This document shows, piece by piece, positions 60,882 through 64,000 of a stretch of DNA of 64,000 nucleotides. The stretch is taken from assembly GCA_907165135.1 (NCBI GenBank), contig OU015568.1:8122001-8186000 (forward strand), read 5' to 3'. The stretch comes from Oikopleura dioica. Lineage: Eukaryota; Animalia; Chordata. Position 1 is the stretch's first letter; every line of letters begins with the position of its first letter. A program made the translations under genes and the position numbers. Under the pieces are notes generated by a model. That model searched no databases. It had not been told where the DNA came from and saw only the letters and a program-made list of their open reading frames with translations.

Positions 60882-63800
60882 ATAGAAAACGCAAGTGGTC
60901 CCCTTATCCTGTCAAGGCGAGTCCAGCGCAGCTGCTCCCCTCAATTCATCCCGGTTTTCTTCCCAGAAAGCCCCTACCCCGATACATTTATCAACTCACT
61001 ATTCGACCCTGGCTCTTTCGGAAGCCTGCTACGAGAATCTGTCGTACAACACTTTCAACTTGACGTCAAACCAACTACGCAGACAATCTCTGGCGTCGGC
61101 TCCAATAATAAGCAATGCCTCGGTGAAGTCACCTGCGACATCAAAGTAGGAAAAAACACTCTGTGGCCTCGAGTCAAGTTCTACGTTGTCAACAACGATA
61201 TGATACAACTCGATGCGATCTTCGGTCGAAATCCAATGAATCTGAGATGCTCAGAAATCGCGTACAACACCGTCAACCGTACATTATTCTTCAAAAACAA
61301 AGCCGGATGGGCCCGCGTGCCGTACATTGGTGCGCCCTCCCGAGACGCCTTTAACGAGAAAACGGAACAGCACAAGTTCTACGCGATCAGCAGCTCAGAG
61401 GACCCCTACAAATACATCAAAGGAATAAAATCACGACTCGGCCCAGATATCAACTGTACAAACGACAATGCCCCAGAAGCCGTCAAAATTGGCGGACTTA
61501 TGGAGAAACATAAAAGAGTTTTTGCGATGGAAGACCGCCCAATCGGTCAATTTACATCATACAAGGCCAGAATCCCCACCATCGAAGGCAGAACTGCCAG
61601 TGCACACCAGTATAAAACCGCGACTGCCTACGACGAACCGATGGACAACGAGGTGGAACGGCTAAAGAAAATCACCGTCCTCGCAAAATGCAAAAACAAT
61701 AAGGGATTTAACACCCCGATCCTCCCTGTTGCGAAGCCCGACGGATCTACTAGACTCGTCATGAATTTCAAGGCAACCCTCAACAAGATCTTGTGCGAAG
61801 AAGACTCCTTCTGCGTGCCAGACCTCGGAACAGAGTCGATCATCCCGCCCTATCAGAAGTACCTCCTCACGCTCGACGTTAGAGCTGGATACTGGAACGT
61901 GCCCGTCGAAGAATGCGACCAACACAAGCTTTCCATCATGTGGAAGTCGCAAAACCTGATGTTTACGCGCTTACCGTTCGGTCTTAAGACCAGTGGCTCG
62001 ATTTTCAGTCGTGCCCTGGCCCACTCTCTCGAAAGCGTCACTCACAAGGAAAACTTCAAATGCTACATAGATGATATCCTCATCTTTGCCGAAAATTTCG
62101 ACGTCTTCTACCAAACCGTGGACGAAATATTTGGCTGTCTCAATAAATTCGGCTGGGTTGTCGCTGGAAACAAAGTTCACGCTCTCTACGACCGCGTCAA
62201 GTGGCTCGGCCGGATGATCACCCCGCTTGGATCGATTGCTGATCCTGGAAACGCAAACGCATTCCGGAAAATGGCCCCTCCTAAAACGTACAAAGGGCTC
62301 CAAAGCCTCTTGGGCGCCATGAACTGGCTTAGACAATACGCCGCGGCACGCGAAGATCAAAATGTAGCAAAGATGTCATTCTCTGCCATCATCAAACCCA
62401 TTTCCAATCTGCTGAAAACGAATAAACCCGGAAAGAAGCTTACCTGGACTCGCGAAGCCGACAAAGCCCTCGAAATCATCAAGGAACGACTCTGCTCCCC
62501 GATGATGATTTACCACCCAGACTGGTCGCTTCCATTTACACTTACCACGGATGCTTCAAAATACGCAATGGGTTACTGCCTGACCCAATGTGTAGAGGGA
62601 CAGAAATGGAGAATCATCCGCGTTAATTCAAAAACGCTCAACGACGCTCAGACACGATACTCAGCTACTGAACGAGAAAGTTTAGCAGTTGTATGGGCGA
62701 TTATGGATGCGAAAGTATTCCTCCGCGGCCGAAAATTCGTTGTTCGAGTCGATCACCGAGCACTTACCTTTTTGGACTGCAAACTACCGCGGAATGATAA
62801 ATTAGCGCGATGGCTAAACACCGTCTCCCAGTTCAACTTCATAGTTACTTACCTCCCCGGAAAAGACAATTCCATCGCAGACTTCCTCAGCAGAAATCCT
62901 GAACAACCGGTGAGCCGCACATCGAAGGATATCCCGTCAGAACCGGCCGGTAGATTCGTGAATATCGGCAAATTCGAAGTCTACATCCCGTCCTGGGCCG
63001 ACACAGAAAGTGTCGACAAGATCAAACTCAACGGCGATGATCTAACTTGCCCGGAATCAATCGTCGCTCTGGTGAGCAAAAACGAACCGATCATGGACGA
63101 CAGCGTTAAAACCAGAATCAGCAGCGAGCAATATGCTGATGAAAACATCAAGAAGATTTTGGAATCAGTTGAACACAACTTCGAGTTCCCGCAGTTGTCC
63201 GTCGCTAAGGAAGACGATGAAGTAAGCTGGCTCCGCCGCCACCGAAATAAACTCACCAGGTGCGAAGAAACTGGCGCACTTCTCGTCGACGGTAAAATCT
63301 ACGTTCCCAGAGCCCTCCGCCCTGATGTACTCAGTCGATATCATAACGACAACAACCACATGGGCGCCGCGCGCATGAAAAGTGCGATGATCCATCTAAC
63401 TTGGCCCGAGAAAGCCGACGATATAGTCAACTTCAGCAGGAGTTGCATCAACTGCCAGCATCGAAAAGGTGGACGAGGTCAATCTCGACAACCTGAACCG
63501 CAAAGCATTCCGAAAGGAACGCGCATCTTCGAACACATTCTATGCGATTTCGTCGACATGCCGGTCACCAAACTTGGTTTCAAATACATCCTCACTGTCA
63601 TCGACACATACTCGCGATTTTTGATCGCAGTACCATGCAGAAACCACCGCGCAGTCGACGCAGTTAAAGGCATCAGAGACCACGTGCTTCATCGATTTCC
63701 GCGGGTAGTATCAATTTCTAGCGACAGAGGAAGACATTTTGTCGCGGAGATGAATCAACAATTCGCCAAGCTACATAACATCACCTGGCGATATCACACG

Positions 63801-64000
63801 AGTTACAGACCACAAAGTACTGGCCTCCTCGAGGTTCAACATCGAACCATAAAAGACGCACTTTTTGTGATGGTCCACGAAACTCAAGCTGAGTGGACTG
63901 ATTGTCTCCAGCACGTCGTCTCTACCATCAACCGACTTCCGAACTGCTCCACCAAGATCTCACCTTTCGAGGTCGTATACTTGGAAAAACCGCGATTGTG
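60843..64000 (+). CDS. pol: Pol polyprotein in the -1 frame relative to gag
   Basis: LFDPGS protease, YIDD at 62064, LTTDAS / YSATERE / DNSIADFLSR RNase H, HNDNNH..CINC, and D (63546), D (63723), E (63831) integrase residues all fall in one frame. The ORF track shows no stop-terminated sub-ORF in this frame. Confidence 0.93.

Larger units (their letters stand above)
58621..64000 (+). mobile_element. Ty3/gypsy LTR retrotransposon (Tor-like if the host is Oikopleura), truncated by window end
   Basis: 5' LTR, PBS, gag ORF and pol with PR-RT-RH-IN order. Confidence 0.95.

Noticed and set aside
59584-63673. Several minus-strand ORFs within gag/pol
   Set aside because: Shadows of long open frames with no independent motifs.

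Overview
Compact, gene-dense animal genomic DNA with short introns, several non-canonical GA..AG introns and closely spaced same-strand genes whose ATG lies just after an AG acceptor. This fits the larvacean tunicate Oikopleura (inference, not stated in the sequence). Recognisable genes: 3' end of CSTF2, a C2H2 zinc-finger gene, PARN, LSM7, an SLC22-type transporter, a four-domain C-type lectin, a heparan sulfate 3-O-sulfotransferase, a CRAL-TRIO protein, an SLC38 transporter, TAF5/TAF5L, COG8, PCCA, SCLY, afadin, SPATA4, a K2P channel, METTL22, DCAF13 and an HDGF-type PWWP gene. The window also holds several MITEs with clear TIRs/TSDs and ends inside an apparently intact Ty3/gypsy LTR element with a -1 frameshift signal. 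Most interesting: (1) three DHX9-type dsRBDs joined to an NF90/ZFR-type DZF domain, with an intron made of tandem hairpins; (2) a hAT-like MITE inside an SLC22 exon that could be spliced out in frame, a candidate newborn intron; (3) a secreted TGF-beta-like cystine knot with no prodomain; (4) a K2P channel with a TKIGFG second filter. Exon structures were reconstructed by eye, and many ORFs in the supplied track are partial exons or antisense shadows.
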